DNA of 64,000 nucleotides from an uncultured cyanobacterium. Its GTDB lineage: Bacteria; Cyanobacteriota; Cyanobacteriia; Leptolyngbyales; Leptolyngbyaceae. Position numbers and translations under genes: made by a program. Shown here piece by piece: positions 1-9,620 of the stretch. The notes below the pieces were generated by a model that saw only the letters and a program-made list of their open reading frames with translations, was not told the DNA's origin and ran no database searches. The DNA lies in the NCBI GenBank assembly GCA_963766075.1, contig CAVYAN010000048.1:52266-116265 (forward strand). Reading direction: 5' to 3'. Each line of letters opens with the position of its first letter. The stretch's first letter is position 1.

Positions 1-487
1 CAAACGTGATTTTGGAACCAGGCACAAATAGCCATTGCCACACCGCAAAGCTGGTACAGAGGCAGCTCAAGCCCGTATCCCGAGACTTCTCTACCAATCC
101 ATCCTCAGCCTCTTCCCCCGACTCCCCCGACCCATTCACCCGAGCCTGAAGCCAGCGAATGAACTCGCCTTGCAGCGGGAACATATCAAAGGGGATGGTG
201 CTGGGTTTACGGCGTGGATCGTAGGTCCAGCACCAGTTGTTGATGAAATAGCTGGGGTCGTTGGCGCACTGCTCGCGGATGGATGCTTGCAGGATTGGGT
301 CATCCTCGGCGCTGTCTAGCAACGCGATGCGCCGTAGGACTGAATCGGTTGCAGGCAGAGAAGGCTTGGCCGTGACCTCTGATAATGTTTGGGCGATGCC
401 TGCCGGATACTTAGAATATTCAGGGCGATCGCTAACCTGCTGGATGTGGCGCTCTAGCTTTCGGGCGAAGTCAGCAATGCTGGCCAT
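1..487 (-). CDS. terL: Phage terminase large subunit, N-terminal part (runs off the window edge; not in ORF track)
   Basis: Hand translation from ATG at 487: MASIADFARK...CANDPSYFINNWCWTYDPRR..IPFDMFPLQGEFIRWL...DGLVEKSRDTGLS...WQWLF. The adenine-binding Q and the KSRDxG Walker A pattern match the TerL ATPase domain. Confidence 0.85.
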   Translation of the reverse strand, partial: MASIADFARKLERHIQQVSDRPEYSKYPAGIAQTLSEVTAKPSLPATDSVLRRIALLDSAEDDPILQASIREQCANDPSYFINNWCWTYDPRRKPSTIPFDMFPLQGEFIRWLQARVNGSGESGEEAEDGLVEKSRDTGLSCLCTSFAVWQWLFVPGSKITF

Positions 488-753
488 CGGTTTGAGTAAT
501 TAAAAAAAATGGCGGACCAGCTTAATCCGCCATTCATGGACATCTGCGTATCGCTAGCTTTCCCAAAAAAAAGGCAAAGCCTCAGACTTTGCCTTTTGGA
601 GAATATCAGTCGTGGTTGCAGCGCGTGACTTCTGCACTTCCCATTGTTGCGACTTAGCCCACTTCGACAACCGTATTCCTGCTGACCTCGCAGCTCATGT
701 CGGTGTAAGCCGGAAATTTTCGGTATACTTTTGGAACAAATCTGGAGAACCTA

Positions 754-1743
754 ATGAAAAACGCAATCTTGTTTCATGGACGCAAAACGTTTGACGGTCG
801 CATGGTTCACTGCCCAGACGGCATCGCTGCCGCGTGGGTTGTTCATAAATGGCTGAAATCGCAGGGGGAAGAAATTGTTTGGGTCAAGCCGTTTGACCAT
901 GGCGATCGCAATCAGGGCTTTGTGCCCAATATTGACGGCGTAGAGCGCCTGTTTGTTGTGGATTTTGTACTCACAAGAGCCACGCTAGACCTATGGGAAA
1001 GGGCGGGCGTGAAGATTGAGGTGGTTGATCATCATGAAAACAATCTTGCAATTTTAGGACTGCAAATATCTGATGTCATTGAATTGGTGACAGGCAACCT
1101 GACCATTGAATATAGCGCTGTAGAGTGCGGGGCCACGCTGGCCTGGAAGCGATATTTCCCCGAGAGTGAGCCGCCCGCATTCCTCGCCTATGTCCGCGAT
1201 CACGATATTTGGAAGAAAAAGCTTGTGTTCACGGATGAAATCTACGAGGTCATCGCACACAAGCGGTATCTTGCTACGAAAGACCTGAAGGAAGGGAAAG
1301 AAGAGGCCGTTTTTTCCTACTTTGACGAACTTGCTGAATGGGATATGGACAAGATAAAACTCCTGATGCCTCTGGAAGGGGCTCGCCTGCTTCAGATTAA
1401 GCAGGAGAAGACCGAGATGGCGGTTGCTAGGTCTACGCCGTGCGCCTACGGGCCTGCGACAATGGAGGATGGTTCAATCGCCGAATCTGTACCTGGACGG
1501 CTTGTAGCGCTGAATCCTGACGGCAGCGAGGATCGCCTCGTCAGTGACATTGGACATCTCCTGTTGCAAAAATACCCAGATATAAAGTTTGCGGCGATGA
1601 ACACAGCAGGAGGCCGATGGGAGCTGCGGTCTGAAAGAGGTGGAGGGTTCAAATGCGTGGAAATTGCTTTAGCCTACGGCGGTGGTGGGCATCCTCACGC
1701 TTGCGGTTGCCAACAGGAAATCCAGTGGCTTGATGCGGATTAA
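754..1743 (+). CDS. DHH/DHHA1-family phosphoesterase
   Basis: Motifs HCPDG, FVVDF, VVDHH and C-terminal GGGGHPHACG. Confidence 0.85.
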   Translation: MKNAILFHGRKTFDGRMVHCPDGIAAAWVVHKWLKSQGEEIVWVKPFDHGDRNQGFVPNIDGVERLFVVDFVLTRATLDLWERAGVKIEVVDHHENNLAILGLQISDVIELVTGNLTIEYSAVECGATLAWKRYFPESEPPAFLAYVRDHDIWKKKLVFTDEIYEVIAHKRYLATKDLKEGKEEAVFSYFDELAEWDMDKIKLLMPLEGARLLQIKQEKTEMAVARSTPCAYGPATMEDGSIAESVPGRLVALNPDGSEDRLVSDIGHLLLQKYPDIKFAAMNTAGGRWELRSERGGGFKCVEIALAYGGGGHPHACGCQQEIQWLDAD

Positions 1744-1757
1744 TTCCTTAATTCAGT

Positions 1758-1779
1758 TTGATTAGCGTACAAAAATCAA
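1758..1779. promoter_or_regulatory. Isolated copy of the TTGATT-N2-YGTACA-N2-AATCAA palindrome
   Basis: TTGATTAGCGTACAAAAATCAA, matching the four sites at 9460-9594. Confidence 0.5.
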
Positions 1780-2414
1780 CGAATGAATGGATTCCGAAAA
1801 TTTCGTATAGCAGGCTGACCCTGCTTAAAATCGCCACACAGTGTGGGCGTTTCTGGGCCACTGGGCCTAACTGCGCACATGATTGGAGTTGTGGACCCAC
1901 TTCTATCTAGATTCCGATATTGGCACTCTAGACAAACCGGAGGCGGAACGGAAGCGCTTGAAAAGGGCGATCGCCGCATAGAATTCCAGTGCGGCGATCG
2001 CCAAAAACCCAACGAGTGCAGATTTTTAAGAAGGCTTGCGATTTGCAGTGTTGCCCCGATGGCAGCGCGATCGCGATCGTAATCCCCCCACACTGAAATG
2101 CCCTCTAGGATTGGGATAATTCCCATCGCCAGGAAATGAAGTGGTAGCAATTCTGGCCCGCCGAATTCAAGCGTCTGAACCGAAAGCAAGTAACTCAGGC
2201 CGGTTGAATTCAACCGATGACAAAACTGAACCATCAGACGGTCAGGGAGTACAGACATCCGGCTGCTGATCAGCACGTTGTAAAAAGGCGCGTTAAAGTC
2301 CAGTGTAAGCGGCTTGGAGAAATCAAGCATGTCTGGCACATCTTCGGGCGGATTTAGAATAATCGCCTCAATTTCTGTGGTCAGGTATTCTCTGAGCTGG
2401 ATTCTTAAGGTCAT
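1776..2414 (-). CDS. Hypothetical protein with C-terminal Cys cluster (CxxC...CAVRPSGP...C)
   Basis: ORF track; ATG at 2414 lies just after the upstream stop. The Cys motif resembles small cyanobacterial DUF6464-like domains. Confidence 0.55.
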   Translation of the reverse strand: MTLRIQLREYLTTEIEAIILNPPEDVPDMLDFSKPLTLDFNAPFYNVLISSRMSVLPDRLMVQFCHRLNSTGLSYLLSVQTLEFGGPELLPLHFLAMGIIPILEGISVWGDYDRDRAAIGATLQIASLLKNLHSLGFWRSPHWNSMRRSPFSSASVPPPVCLECQYRNLDRSGSTTPIMCAVRPSGPETPTLCGDFKQGQPAIRNFRNPFIR

Positions 2415-2416
2415 TT

Positions 2417-3211
2417 TTACTCCAGATCGGGGCATGGCCCGGATTCGTAGCCGTAGGGGTGCATCGCGCAGACCAGAAGCTCATCCCCATATCTTCGCCC
2501 GTGAAAGTTTTTGCAGCCCCTGCATTGTTTGAGTGTAGATTGCTCGGCAGGCTGCTGCTCAAACTGTATAGGCTCATCCTGAAGTATTCGCAAGTCCATG
2601 CGTCGGAGTTGGCGAGCAATGTCCTGGTAAACCTCCCGCATCCTGGCTGTGTCTATGTTGATTCGGGGCACGATGTCGGGCATTTCATATCGCCGTATTC
2701 TCCCCTCTCCCAAATCTTCCCAAGGTGCTGACGGATTGGCGCGGCCCTCCGCCCTAACACCCCGTAAAGCCTGTCCCCGTAGGGCTATGTGATCCGCCCT
2801 AGGCTGTTCAAAAACCTGATCGATTTGAAACGTTATGACGGCAGCGGTTCGCAGTGCATTCAAGGCTTCTTGGGCTGATTCTGGTGCTGATGCAATAGCG
2901 TCTTGCAGCGCATCCAAGGCTTCTTGCGTCGGAGCCGAAACAAACACAGCGGAAGGGTCGATCCCACTTAGGGCTTCCTGAATGTCGCGTGCAAGCTGTC
3001 TTTGCATCGAAATGCGATCGCGATACCTTGTTATGGGATGTTGCGGGGGAAGGACGGGGAACAGTGTCGAGAAATTTGGCAGACGGTCTTTAAGACCGCT
3101 CGCAGCTTCGATGACGTGGTTTATGGCCTGCGCCACAGAAGAGATGGCGCAGACGGGTTGGGGCTCGCTGGGGCTTGTGGGTTCTTCAATGGGCGTGAGT
3201 TCTTCGGTCAT
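2417..3211 (-). CDS. Hypothetical protein with C-terminal CxxCxxxHG...CAMHPYG...CPD motif
   Basis: ATG at 3211 overlaps the upstream stop (ATGA); cyanobacterial-type Cys/His motif. Confidence 0.6.
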   Translation of the reverse strand: MTEELTPIEEPTSPSEPQPVCAISSVAQAINHVIEAASGLKDRLPNFSTLFPVLPPQHPITRYRDRISMQRQLARDIQEALSGIDPSAVFVSAPTQEALDALQDAIASAPESAQEALNALRTAAVITFQIDQVFEQPRADHIALRGQALRGVRAEGRANPSAPWEDLGEGRIRRYEMPDIVPRINIDTARMREVYQDIARQLRRMDLRILQDEPIQFEQQPAEQSTLKQCRGCKNFHGRRYGDELLVCAMHPYGYESGPCPDLE

Positions 3212-3981
3212 GATTCTTCCAGCTCCAACGGTTTTAACAAGTGGTTGGCGAAGATGGCTTGAACATTTCCCTTGACCGGGCTGACAGCTCCGTAAATTGC
3301 TGCGACCATATCGTCGGGTAACCATCCGGCATTGAACAATAATTTTACCGCTTCCATCTCATCGATCTGCGGAACATCCAGCCCCCGAATCCGCCGAATT
3401 TGATCGATAGCAGCACCGTTGGCGGTGAGCAAGCTTTGGAGCGCTCGCGGGTCTGGCAGTCGCCCTGTGTCCAGGTTCGGATCAAACTGGGTGTCGAGGT
3501 ACTCACCGATCACTTCCAGCGCTTTGCGGGCGTTGTACAACCCGCTCTCCATGTCGGCAATATCCTGGCTTACGGCTTCGTCAATGGCCTGGTCGATGCG
3601 TGCCTTGAGGCCAGTACGCGATCGGGGTACGCGATCGCTCCGATCCCCCCGATCGCGTACTTCCTCAGCCTGCGCAATCTCGCCCGATCCCCGCCCTGCA
3701 ACGCTTCCCCCTGCGGACAGCGATCGCGTATTTTTCTGCGGCGATCGCGCATTTTGGCCGCGATCGGCCTTAGAGCTACTTTGAGGTACCACTTCAGCGC
3801 CACTGAAATGGGCGTTAACCCGCCCCCGCTTCACCGCCGCTGCATCGCGTGACCAGTTGAGCTGCGTGGCCTTCTTGCGGATGCTGCCCTCGCTAATGCC
3901 ATGCATCTTAGCCAGCGCTCTGTTTGAGGCTGTGTTGGCACGATACGCTACCTCAATACTGTTCCAATCGACATCCTTCAC
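3208..3981 (-). CDS. Putative terminase small subunit-like HTH protein
   Basis: N-terminal DWNSIEVAYRA...RALAKMHGISEGSIRKKATQLNW is the HTH pattern seen in phage packaging proteins; co-oriented upstream of terL. Confidence 0.6.
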   Translation of the reverse strand: MKDVDWNSIEVAYRANTASNRALAKMHGISEGSIRKKATQLNWSRDAAAVKRGRVNAHFSGAEVVPQSSSKADRGQNARSPQKNTRSLSAGGSVAGRGSGEIAQAEEVRDRGDRSDRVPRSRTGLKARIDQAIDEAVSQDIADMESGLYNARKALEVIGEYLDTQFDPNLDTGRLPDPRALQSLLTANGAAIDQIRRIRGLDVPQIDEMEAVKLLFNAGWLPDDMVAAIYGAVSPVKGNVQAIFANHLLKPLELEES

Positions 3982-4004
3982 GGCTCATCCCCTAGCAACT
4001 GAGC

Positions 4005-4220
4005 CTAGAGTTCCCCACGTCGCCGCCGCCAGCGATTCAGGAGGGCGCTGGCGGCGGCTTCTTTGCTCAGGATGTTGTGGGCCTGCAAGGGGGACTCGCC
4101 CACAAGCGCAATCCAAAATTCAGGGACAAACACCTTGGGCTGAATGACAATGCCCACTGGAGCATCCTCCCAGTAGAGCCGCCATCCGCTCTCAGTCCGC
4201 CGAAGGTCAAAGCTGCGCAT
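4005..4220 (-). CDS. Hypothetical protein
   Basis: Fills the gap in the - strand operon. Confidence 0.45.
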   Translation of the reverse strand: MRSFDLRRTESGWRLYWEDAPVGIVIQPKVFVPEFWIALVGESPLQAHNILSKEAAASALLNRWRRRRGEL

Positions 4221-4223
4221 AGG

Positions 4224-4814
4224 TCAGAGAAAGGAAAGCTGGATAGGGGATTGAACTTCGGGCACTCTCTTTCTAATTCTCCCTGCGGAAGCTTGCGGGG
4301 GCAACTCAAAGCGCGGAATGCGCTTGAAGACGGGTTCAATGAACATCTCTGGGCTTGGATTATCCCCCGTGGGCACACAGGCAAGCTGTCCGAGCCTTTC
4401 CCTGCGGGAATACAGCCTGGAGGCGCGAATCAGTCCTCGGATGCGATTGTCCAGGCGCAAGTGACAGACAACGCAGAGCGCTCGCAGGTTGTCGTCATCG
4501 TTCCGGCCAGGATTTTGGTCAAGGTGGGCTACGGTGAGCACGTAGCGCGTGGGCGATTCGAGCAAGTCCCAGTAGTTTGGGTGCAAAAGTTGCTGGCTCT
4601 TCACGCGGGCAAAAAATGCCTCGTCTGACTCATTGATGGGCGGCAGTGGCTTCCGTGCTCGCCCATGGCTCAGGCGCGTGACAAAATCAACAAGCGACTC
4701 ATTTGCCGCTCTGCACGGGCGTTTGCAGTGTTCGCAGACCCACCCTTTTTGACTTTTTAGGGTTTTGGATATTTTGTTCCAGTCAGGTGGATACAAAGCT
4801 TTTTGAATTGGCAT
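4224..4814 (-). CDS. HNH endonuclease-like protein
   Basis: MPIQKALYPPDW..IS...WVCEHC ... VLTVAHLDQNP..NDDDNLRALCVVCHLRLD. Confidence 0.8.
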   Translation of the reverse strand: MPIQKALYPPDWNKISKTLKSQKGWVCEHCKRPCRAANESLVDFVTRLSHGRARKPLPPINESDEAFFARVKSQQLLHPNYWDLLESPTRYVLTVAHLDQNPGRNDDDNLRALCVVCHLRLDNRIRGLIRASRLYSRRERLGQLACVPTGDNPSPEMFIEPVFKRIPRFELPPQASAGRIRKRVPEVQSPIQLSFL

Positions 4815-4888
4815 ATCCCCTCTTTTGCTTGCCACAGCGCCATTTCATGATTTTTATTGTACAATTTCTCGGGAAATGTTGTTAGCTC

Positions 4889-5194
4889 ATGGAGAACACC
4901 AAAATGAATAAGGGTGAATTGGTTGACGCCATTGCGGAAAAAACTGGCTGGTCAAAAAAAGATACGGAAACGTTTGTGACAGCTTTCACGGAAGTTGTCA
5001 CCGAAGCCCTGGCAAGTGCGACCAAGGTAACCTTGGTCGGGTTTGGGACATTTGAACCCAGACTTGCGAAGGCGCGGACAGCGAGAAACCCCCAGACGGG
5101 GGCTGAAATCACCGTACCAGCAAGCTATCGGGCGGTTTTTTCCGCAGGCAAGGTGTTGAAGGATAAGGTTCGGGAGCTGCTCGTCGCCGCGTAG
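4889..5194 (+). CDS. hup: HU family DNA-binding protein
   Basis: MNKGELVDAIAEK...VTLVGFGTFEPR...RTARNPQTG..I.VPA...FSAGK.LKD.V. Confidence 0.95.
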   Translation: MENTKMNKGELVDAIAEKTGWSKKDTETFVTAFTEVVTEALASATKVTLVGFGTFEPRLAKARTARNPQTGAEITVPASYRAVFSAGKVLKDKVRELLVAA

Positions 5195-5341
5195 CGATCG
5201 CAGCGATCGCCGCCCAGGTCCATCATCAACCGACCATGGATGGATGGGTGAGCGTGCCCCCTTAGATTCCCTTTGGAGGGGTGCTGCGGCCTTGCTGTGG
5301 TGCCCCTCCCTCGTTTTTTGCACAATCCCCTGGAGAGTTGA

Positions 5342-5773
5342 ATGACCGAACCCAATCCGCACGATCGCTGGCCAGGACCGGCGCTAGTTCAAGCGTTAAT
5401 CGCCTTGCAGCCTGACTTACACGGTTTCATTGAGGCACCCAGAGCCGACATCAGCCCCGCCTACCTGGTGGCAGACTTGGTTCACGAAGTGTTGGGCATG
5501 ACCTCATCGGTGAAGATTTGCGAATACTTGACGAGGCGAATCAAGTCCGAGGCTGCCGTTGCCGAGGCGTTGATGAGCAAAATCCCGGCCAATGACGCGA
5601 TCGTAGACTGTGAGCTGATCCACTTTCGGATTATTGACGGCGTAAAATTCATCACACTGACCGGAATTATTTCCGCGATCGGCAGGGCTTTGGGGGATCC
5701 AATCATTTCATGCTATGACGGAACCGGCCAGCGAATTATCCGCTTTCAAGCCCTGTCCCAGGTAGACACTTAA
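5342..5773 (+). CDS. Hypothetical protein
   Basis: 143-aa ORF with GGAG ribosome-binding site (RBS). Confidence 0.55.
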   Translation: MTEPNPHDRWPGPALVQALIALQPDLHGFIEAPRADISPAYLVADLVHEVLGMTSSVKICEYLTRRIKSEAAVAEALMSKIPANDAIVDCELIHFRIIDGVKFITLTGIISAIGRALGDPIISCYDGTGQRIIRFQALSQVDT

Positions 5774-5777
5774 GCCC

Positions 5778-6107
5778 ATGGAAATCATTTTTTCAAGTGA
5801 GTCCCCTGACTTGGTTGTCTCCAGCCAGGGTCAGGAAATCTTAGTCAAGGTTACTAAGCGGGGTCGGGACTGGGCTCGCAAAGACGGACAGCCCCAAGGC
5901 TCGGCGCGATGCCATGGGTCGAAAGTTCACTTGATGAATGCCGTGGTTAGCGTCGGCCTGATCGACAAAAAGTCGGGATGGAGCCCAGCGCTTTGCGGGG
6001 AGCAGCCGCAGGGCGACGGCGGATGGGGGCTGCGATCGGACAAGACTATTGTGACGTGCAGGAAATGCCTGCGGCTTGACCTAACCGGGGGAAAAAGATT
6101 TGAATAG
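5778..6107 (+). CDS. Hypothetical protein, possible Zn-binding (H..ALCG...VTCRKC)
   Basis: Operon-like packing; Cys/His motif. Confidence 0.55.
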   Translation: MEIIFSSESPDLVVSSQGQEILVKVTKRGRDWARKDGQPQGSARCHGSKVHLMNAVVSVGLIDKKSGWSPALCGEQPQGDGGWGLRSDKTIVTCRKCLRLDLTGGKRFE

Positions 6108-6408
6108 CGCCTCCATACGATTCATCAAAAACAACTGGAGGCTGCTACTGCATCCGAGCGCCAAAGATTTTGCGCCGCTCTTTGAGAGATCGGTGTTCAA
6201 TTCTGTGATGTTGATAGTGGACGCTCTCAGTAAGGATGACTGGTTGACGATCGGAGAGTTGTCAGAGGACACGGGCCTAGGGCCAGACAGCATTAGTCAG
6301 GTCACGTCAGCGCTGCCAGAACTGTTTGAAAAATTCCCATGCCCCGAGGAGAAGCGCGGGCGCGAGGTTGCGATCAGGCTTAGGGTTGCGATTCCAGCGC
6401 TGCGGTGA
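6100..6408 (+). CDS. Hypothetical winged-HTH protein
   Basis: LTIGELSEDTGLGPDSISQV HTH-like segment. Confidence 0.5.
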   Translation: MNSASIRFIKNNWRLLLHPSAKDFAPLFERSVFNSVMLIVDALSKDDWLTIGELSEDTGLGPDSISQVTSALPELFEKFPCPEEKRGREVAIRLRVAIPALR

Positions 6409-7516
6409 CGCCCGTTTCGGAACTTTCTCTAGAGGGTGAGTGGGTGCGATCGCGGCTCGGAATACGAAACCTGGGCTCTGGCAATTTTTGAACGGCGGCC
6501 AGCTTGACTTCATCCGCCCGCTTGTCGTATCGCATGGTGGTGGCTGGGTTGGAGTGCCTCATCAGCCGCTGGATGGTTGGCGTATCTACACCGGCGCGAT
6601 ACAAATTTGTGGCAAAAGTTCGCCGCAGATCGTGAGGACTGAAGGGTGCGATCGCTACTTTGCCCGCCGCCGCGTTTGCTTCGGCAGCTCTCTGTTGCAG
6701 GATGGCGTAGACCGACTGGGGAGTTAGCCGCCGAAATTCGATATGCCCACCTTTGCGGAAGGGGAGAAGGAAAGGCCCGGATGAATTGCCTCGCAGTTTA
6801 ACCCAGGATTTAGCGCACTCCAGAGCCGAGCCTTGGACATAGGAGTTCCCTGATTTTCCTCCCTTTCCGTAACGAACGGCAATCTCTCCCGTTTCAAAAT
6901 TAATGTCCTCTAAATCCACGCTCACCACTTCTTCCCGGCGAAGCCCAGCGTGGAGTAAAGCCAGCATGGCCAAATCGCGATCGCCCATGGCTGACAAATC
7001 GGCAGCGCAGGTTTGCCACAGTATGGTCATCTCGCGATCGCTGAGTGCTCGGCCAGAATCGGGCGAACTTCCTTTGATCGGCTTCAGGTCGATCGCCCGC
7101 TCATACTCATCGGCGGACATGAGCCGAAGTTTCCAACACTCTTTCAAAACGCCGCGCAGATGGGCCAACATTTGATTCGCCGTCGAGGGGCTGTAACCCA
7201 AGGTGCGATCGCGCCGTTTCTCCTCAACTTTTTCAGACAGCAGCGCCCGCAGCACCGAGGTGTGTGCGTACCGCAGTTGCGCCCACGGGAACGTCGCAGG
7301 TGTGTAATTGTGTTGCCCCAACAGTTTGAGGATGGATGTGAGTGAGTTGAGGGCAACCCGCTGGGAGGAATGTCCCAGGTTGGCGATGTAGGACAGGGCG
7401 GGCTGCGTACCCGCCGCCGAACCACCCTCTAGAGAAAGTTCACCGGGGGCGTCAAAGACGGGCTGGGCTTGGACGGTGATTGTAATGGCGTCGGCGTCGG
7501 CGGAAGATTTTGGCAT
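6380..7516 (-). CDS. Tyrosine recombinase (Cre/XerC-like resolvase/integrase)
   Basis: Catalytic R (GLRREE), K (GKGGK), HDLRRT, MRH and RYD; N-terminal SAM-like domain. Confidence 0.92.
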   Translation of the reverse strand: MPKSSADADAITITVQAQPVFDAPGELSLEGGSAAGTQPALSYIANLGHSSQRVALNSLTSILKLLGQHNYTPATFPWAQLRYAHTSVLRALLSEKVEEKRRDRTLGYSPSTANQMLAHLRGVLKECWKLRLMSADEYERAIDLKPIKGSSPDSGRALSDREMTILWQTCAADLSAMGDRDLAMLALLHAGLRREEVVSVDLEDINFETGEIAVRYGKGGKSGNSYVQGSALECAKSWVKLRGNSSGPFLLPFRKGGHIEFRRLTPQSVYAILQQRAAEANAAAGKVAIAPFSPHDLRRTFATNLYRAGVDTPTIQRLMRHSNPATTMRYDKRADEVKLAAVQKLPEPRFRIPSRDRTHSPSRESSETGVTAALESQP

Positions 7517-7547
7517 GGATTTTTCTGGAAATGGGCGGTACGCACTA

Positions 7548-7583
7548 AATAGCTTTTGAAAATCATCATTTTCATAAGCTATT
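7548..7583. other. lox/dif-like inverted repeat upstream of the recombinase
   Basis: AATAGCTTTTGAAAAT-CATC-ATTTTCATAAGCTATT; the arms match at 15/16 positions. Confidence 0.55.
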
Positions 7584-7829
7584 CGCGCATGTGTGAATTT
7601 GCAAGCGGGTGGGACCGTTTTGTTCTGCCAACAGTGCCCAAAAAGTTGCGCGTGCGATCGCCTGAGCTGATTTGAAAAGGACGTGCTATAAACTAATTGA
7701 GTTTCGAGGCTTCCGAACTCTCAGCACATGGGCGAAAGTTGTACCCCCACGCCGGGACTGGCTAGCTCCCGGTTTTTTCTTATTCAGCCGTTCGGTATAT
7801 ACTTGAAGTATTCATTATAAAGCCGACCA

Positions 7830-8159
7830 ATGAGTAATGCATACGGGTTAGCAATGCGCCTGATTCGGGTGCGCTTTAACCTATCTCAAGCTGAATTCGC
7901 TGAAAAAACAGGACTTCCGGGGAAAACAATTCCCGACTTAGAGTGTGGGAACACGCCGCTCTCTCTTGAGCGATTAGATGCGATCGCAAAAATGTTGGGC
8001 ATCGGCTCACCCAATCTTCTGGCATTCATCAAGGCGCTGGAAGAAACAGACTTTTTGATTCCTCCTCTGGTTTCAGAGTCCAAAAAAATGCCGTCTGTCA
8101 GCGCAAAGCGGATCCCGCGAATTGAAAAGATTAGGGATCGGAGCAGGAGGGCGAAGTGA
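7830..8159 (+). CDS. XRE-family HTH transcriptional regulator
   Basis: IRVRFNLSQAEFAEKTGLPGKTIPDLECGNTPLSLERL..IA..LGI. Confidence 0.85.
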   Translation: MSNAYGLAMRLIRVRFNLSQAEFAEKTGLPGKTIPDLECGNTPLSLERLDAIAKMLGIGSPNLLAFIKALEETDFLIPPLVSESKKMPSVSAKRIPRIEKIRDRSRRAK

Positions 8160-9133
8160 TGGGCGGTGGCCTTGAGAAACGGTTGAGAGCCTTAAGCCAA
8201 AAATTTCCGCCTCAAGTCTTGGAACTCACGGAGCGACGGCAGCACAGAATCCCCAAGGGTTATCCATCGGGACGTTTCGTCTGCGATGCCATGGGCATGA
8301 TTTTGCTCTCCAGCTTTGCCCCAGCGCATATTCAGGATGACGTGGATCGGGAAGCCGCAGGGATTATAGCTCTGTGGTGTTCGGGGCCAAATCCGGTTTA
8401 TTGCATCCAGCGCGACATGCTGGAGGACTGCAAAAAAATTGCACTGCCGAGCACAGTGGGCCTGCTGGATGACTTCGACCAGAGCTTGAATCGGTTTGTG
8501 ATTTGCTTCCCCGAGGGGTCAATGCCGACTCCAGAGGGCAACAGTCTGGAGTTCGTCGTTGTGTCTTTTTCGTGCCGTGACACGCTGGGGGATTCAACGA
8601 CTGTCGGCGGGTTCATTCTGGAAGTTCACCCAGAAAGGTTTGACGATCTCGCGGTGTCTTGGTGCGGTGTGGATTCACTAGGTGTCATCTGGATCGGCCA
8701 AGTTTCAGCAAACAAAGGCGAGGCGGTGAAGCCAAAAAAAGGCAACTTGCGCGGCCTGACTCTTGACGACGGCGATCGTAAATTCATTGCCGATATTGAC
8801 CGGATCATTCTGCTCTGTATGCTCTCGCTGAACTTTGAGCCGGAGCTGATTGAGGAGGCGACGGCGGGAGGCTTTAGCCAAGGGGTTGGGTTCGGTTCTC
8901 CAAAGGCTCGGGCGGCTCAGTCGGATGCTGATCGGCTGATTCCGGCTCGCTGGATTGGGCGGAAATATAAGCCTATGCCGACAGTGAAGACTCCTCACCA
9001 GGGGGGAACCCACCGAAGGCCCAAGGCTCACTATCGAGGCCCGCACGCTCGGCGCGTGGCGATTGGGAAGGGGCGCACGGGTCGGAAATGGATTCGGGTA
9101 CCGGGGCGGATTATCAATAGGGGGATAGAGTAA
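8156..9133 (+). CDS. Hypothetical phage protein with basic C-terminal tail; paralogue of 45327-46172
   Basis: Shared P.YC and P.WIG motifs; tail THRRPKAHYRGPHARRV..GKGR..RKWI. Confidence 0.65.
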   Translation: MMGGGLEKRLRALSQKFPPQVLELTERRQHRIPKGYPSGRFVCDAMGMILLSSFAPAHIQDDVDREAAGIIALWCSGPNPVYCIQRDMLEDCKKIALPSTVGLLDDFDQSLNRFVICFPEGSMPTPEGNSLEFVVVSFSCRDTLGDSTTVGGFILEVHPERFDDLAVSWCGVDSLGVIWIGQVSANKGEAVKPKKGNLRGLTLDDGDRKFIADIDRIILLCMLSLNFEPELIEEATAGGFSQGVGFGSPKARAAQSDADRLIPARWIGRKYKPMPTVKTPHQGGTHRRPKAHYRGPHARRVAIGKGRTGRKWIRVPGRIINRGIE

Positions 9134-9534
9134 TGGGCCAACTGAGTTTGTTTGATTGCATAGCGGAAGCAGTACCAGAGGTGGCCGCGCCGAAGCCAGC
9201 GCTGAAGGTTGAGGTGACCGTGGTTCCAGTGCCGAAGCCAGAGCCAGAGGTGGCCGTGATGCGCACGCCGCAGCCGAAGTTCAACCGGAATTTAGTAAGC
9301 TATTTGGACACTAAGGCATCTGTTCTTTTGAAACTAATGCTCACCGTGCAAGGCTCGAATCGGGATTCAGAGTATAGGCGGCATGAGATCACGCGCATTT
9401 TCAGGCAGCGGCGGCAAGTGTTGGCCCAGATAGAGATCGCCCGCTACGGACCTATCAACTTGATTCCTGTACAGAAATCAAACATCAGCCAAATTATTGA
9501 TTTGTGTACATTAATCAAACTTTGGCCAGACTGA
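9133..9534 (+). CDS. Hypothetical protein
   Basis: TAATG coupling to the previous gene; MGQLSLFD start. Confidence 0.5.
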   Translation: MGQLSLFDCIAEAVPEVAAPKPALKVEVTVVPVPKPEPEVAVMRTPQPKFNRNLVSYLDTKASVLLKLMLTVQGSNRDSEYRRHEITRIFRQRRQVLAQIEIARYGPINLIPVQKSNISQIIDLCTLIKLWPD

Positions 9535-9594
9535 TTTCTGTACAAAAATCAAACGTGAGTGAAACGGGCCTTTTGATTTTTGTACAATAATCAA
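9460..9594. repeat. Four 22-bp palindromic sites TTGATT-N2-TGTACA-N2-AATCAA
   Basis: Copies start at 9460, 9497, 9531 and 9573, directly upstream of ORF 9621. Confidence 0.85.
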
Positions 9595-9620
9595 CCATGA
9601 ACAAATGGAGCTGGGGATAG

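Noticed and set aside
600..710. Possible frameshifted HTH remnant on the - strand (EVSRNT/LSKWAKSQQW)
   Set aside because: Too short, needs an assumed indel, and has no clear start
4224..4814. HNH protein as the missing Cascade nuclease
   Set aside because: It lies 24 kb away in the packaging cluster, where HNH genes are common; Cas5 and Cas8 here carry no HNH fusion
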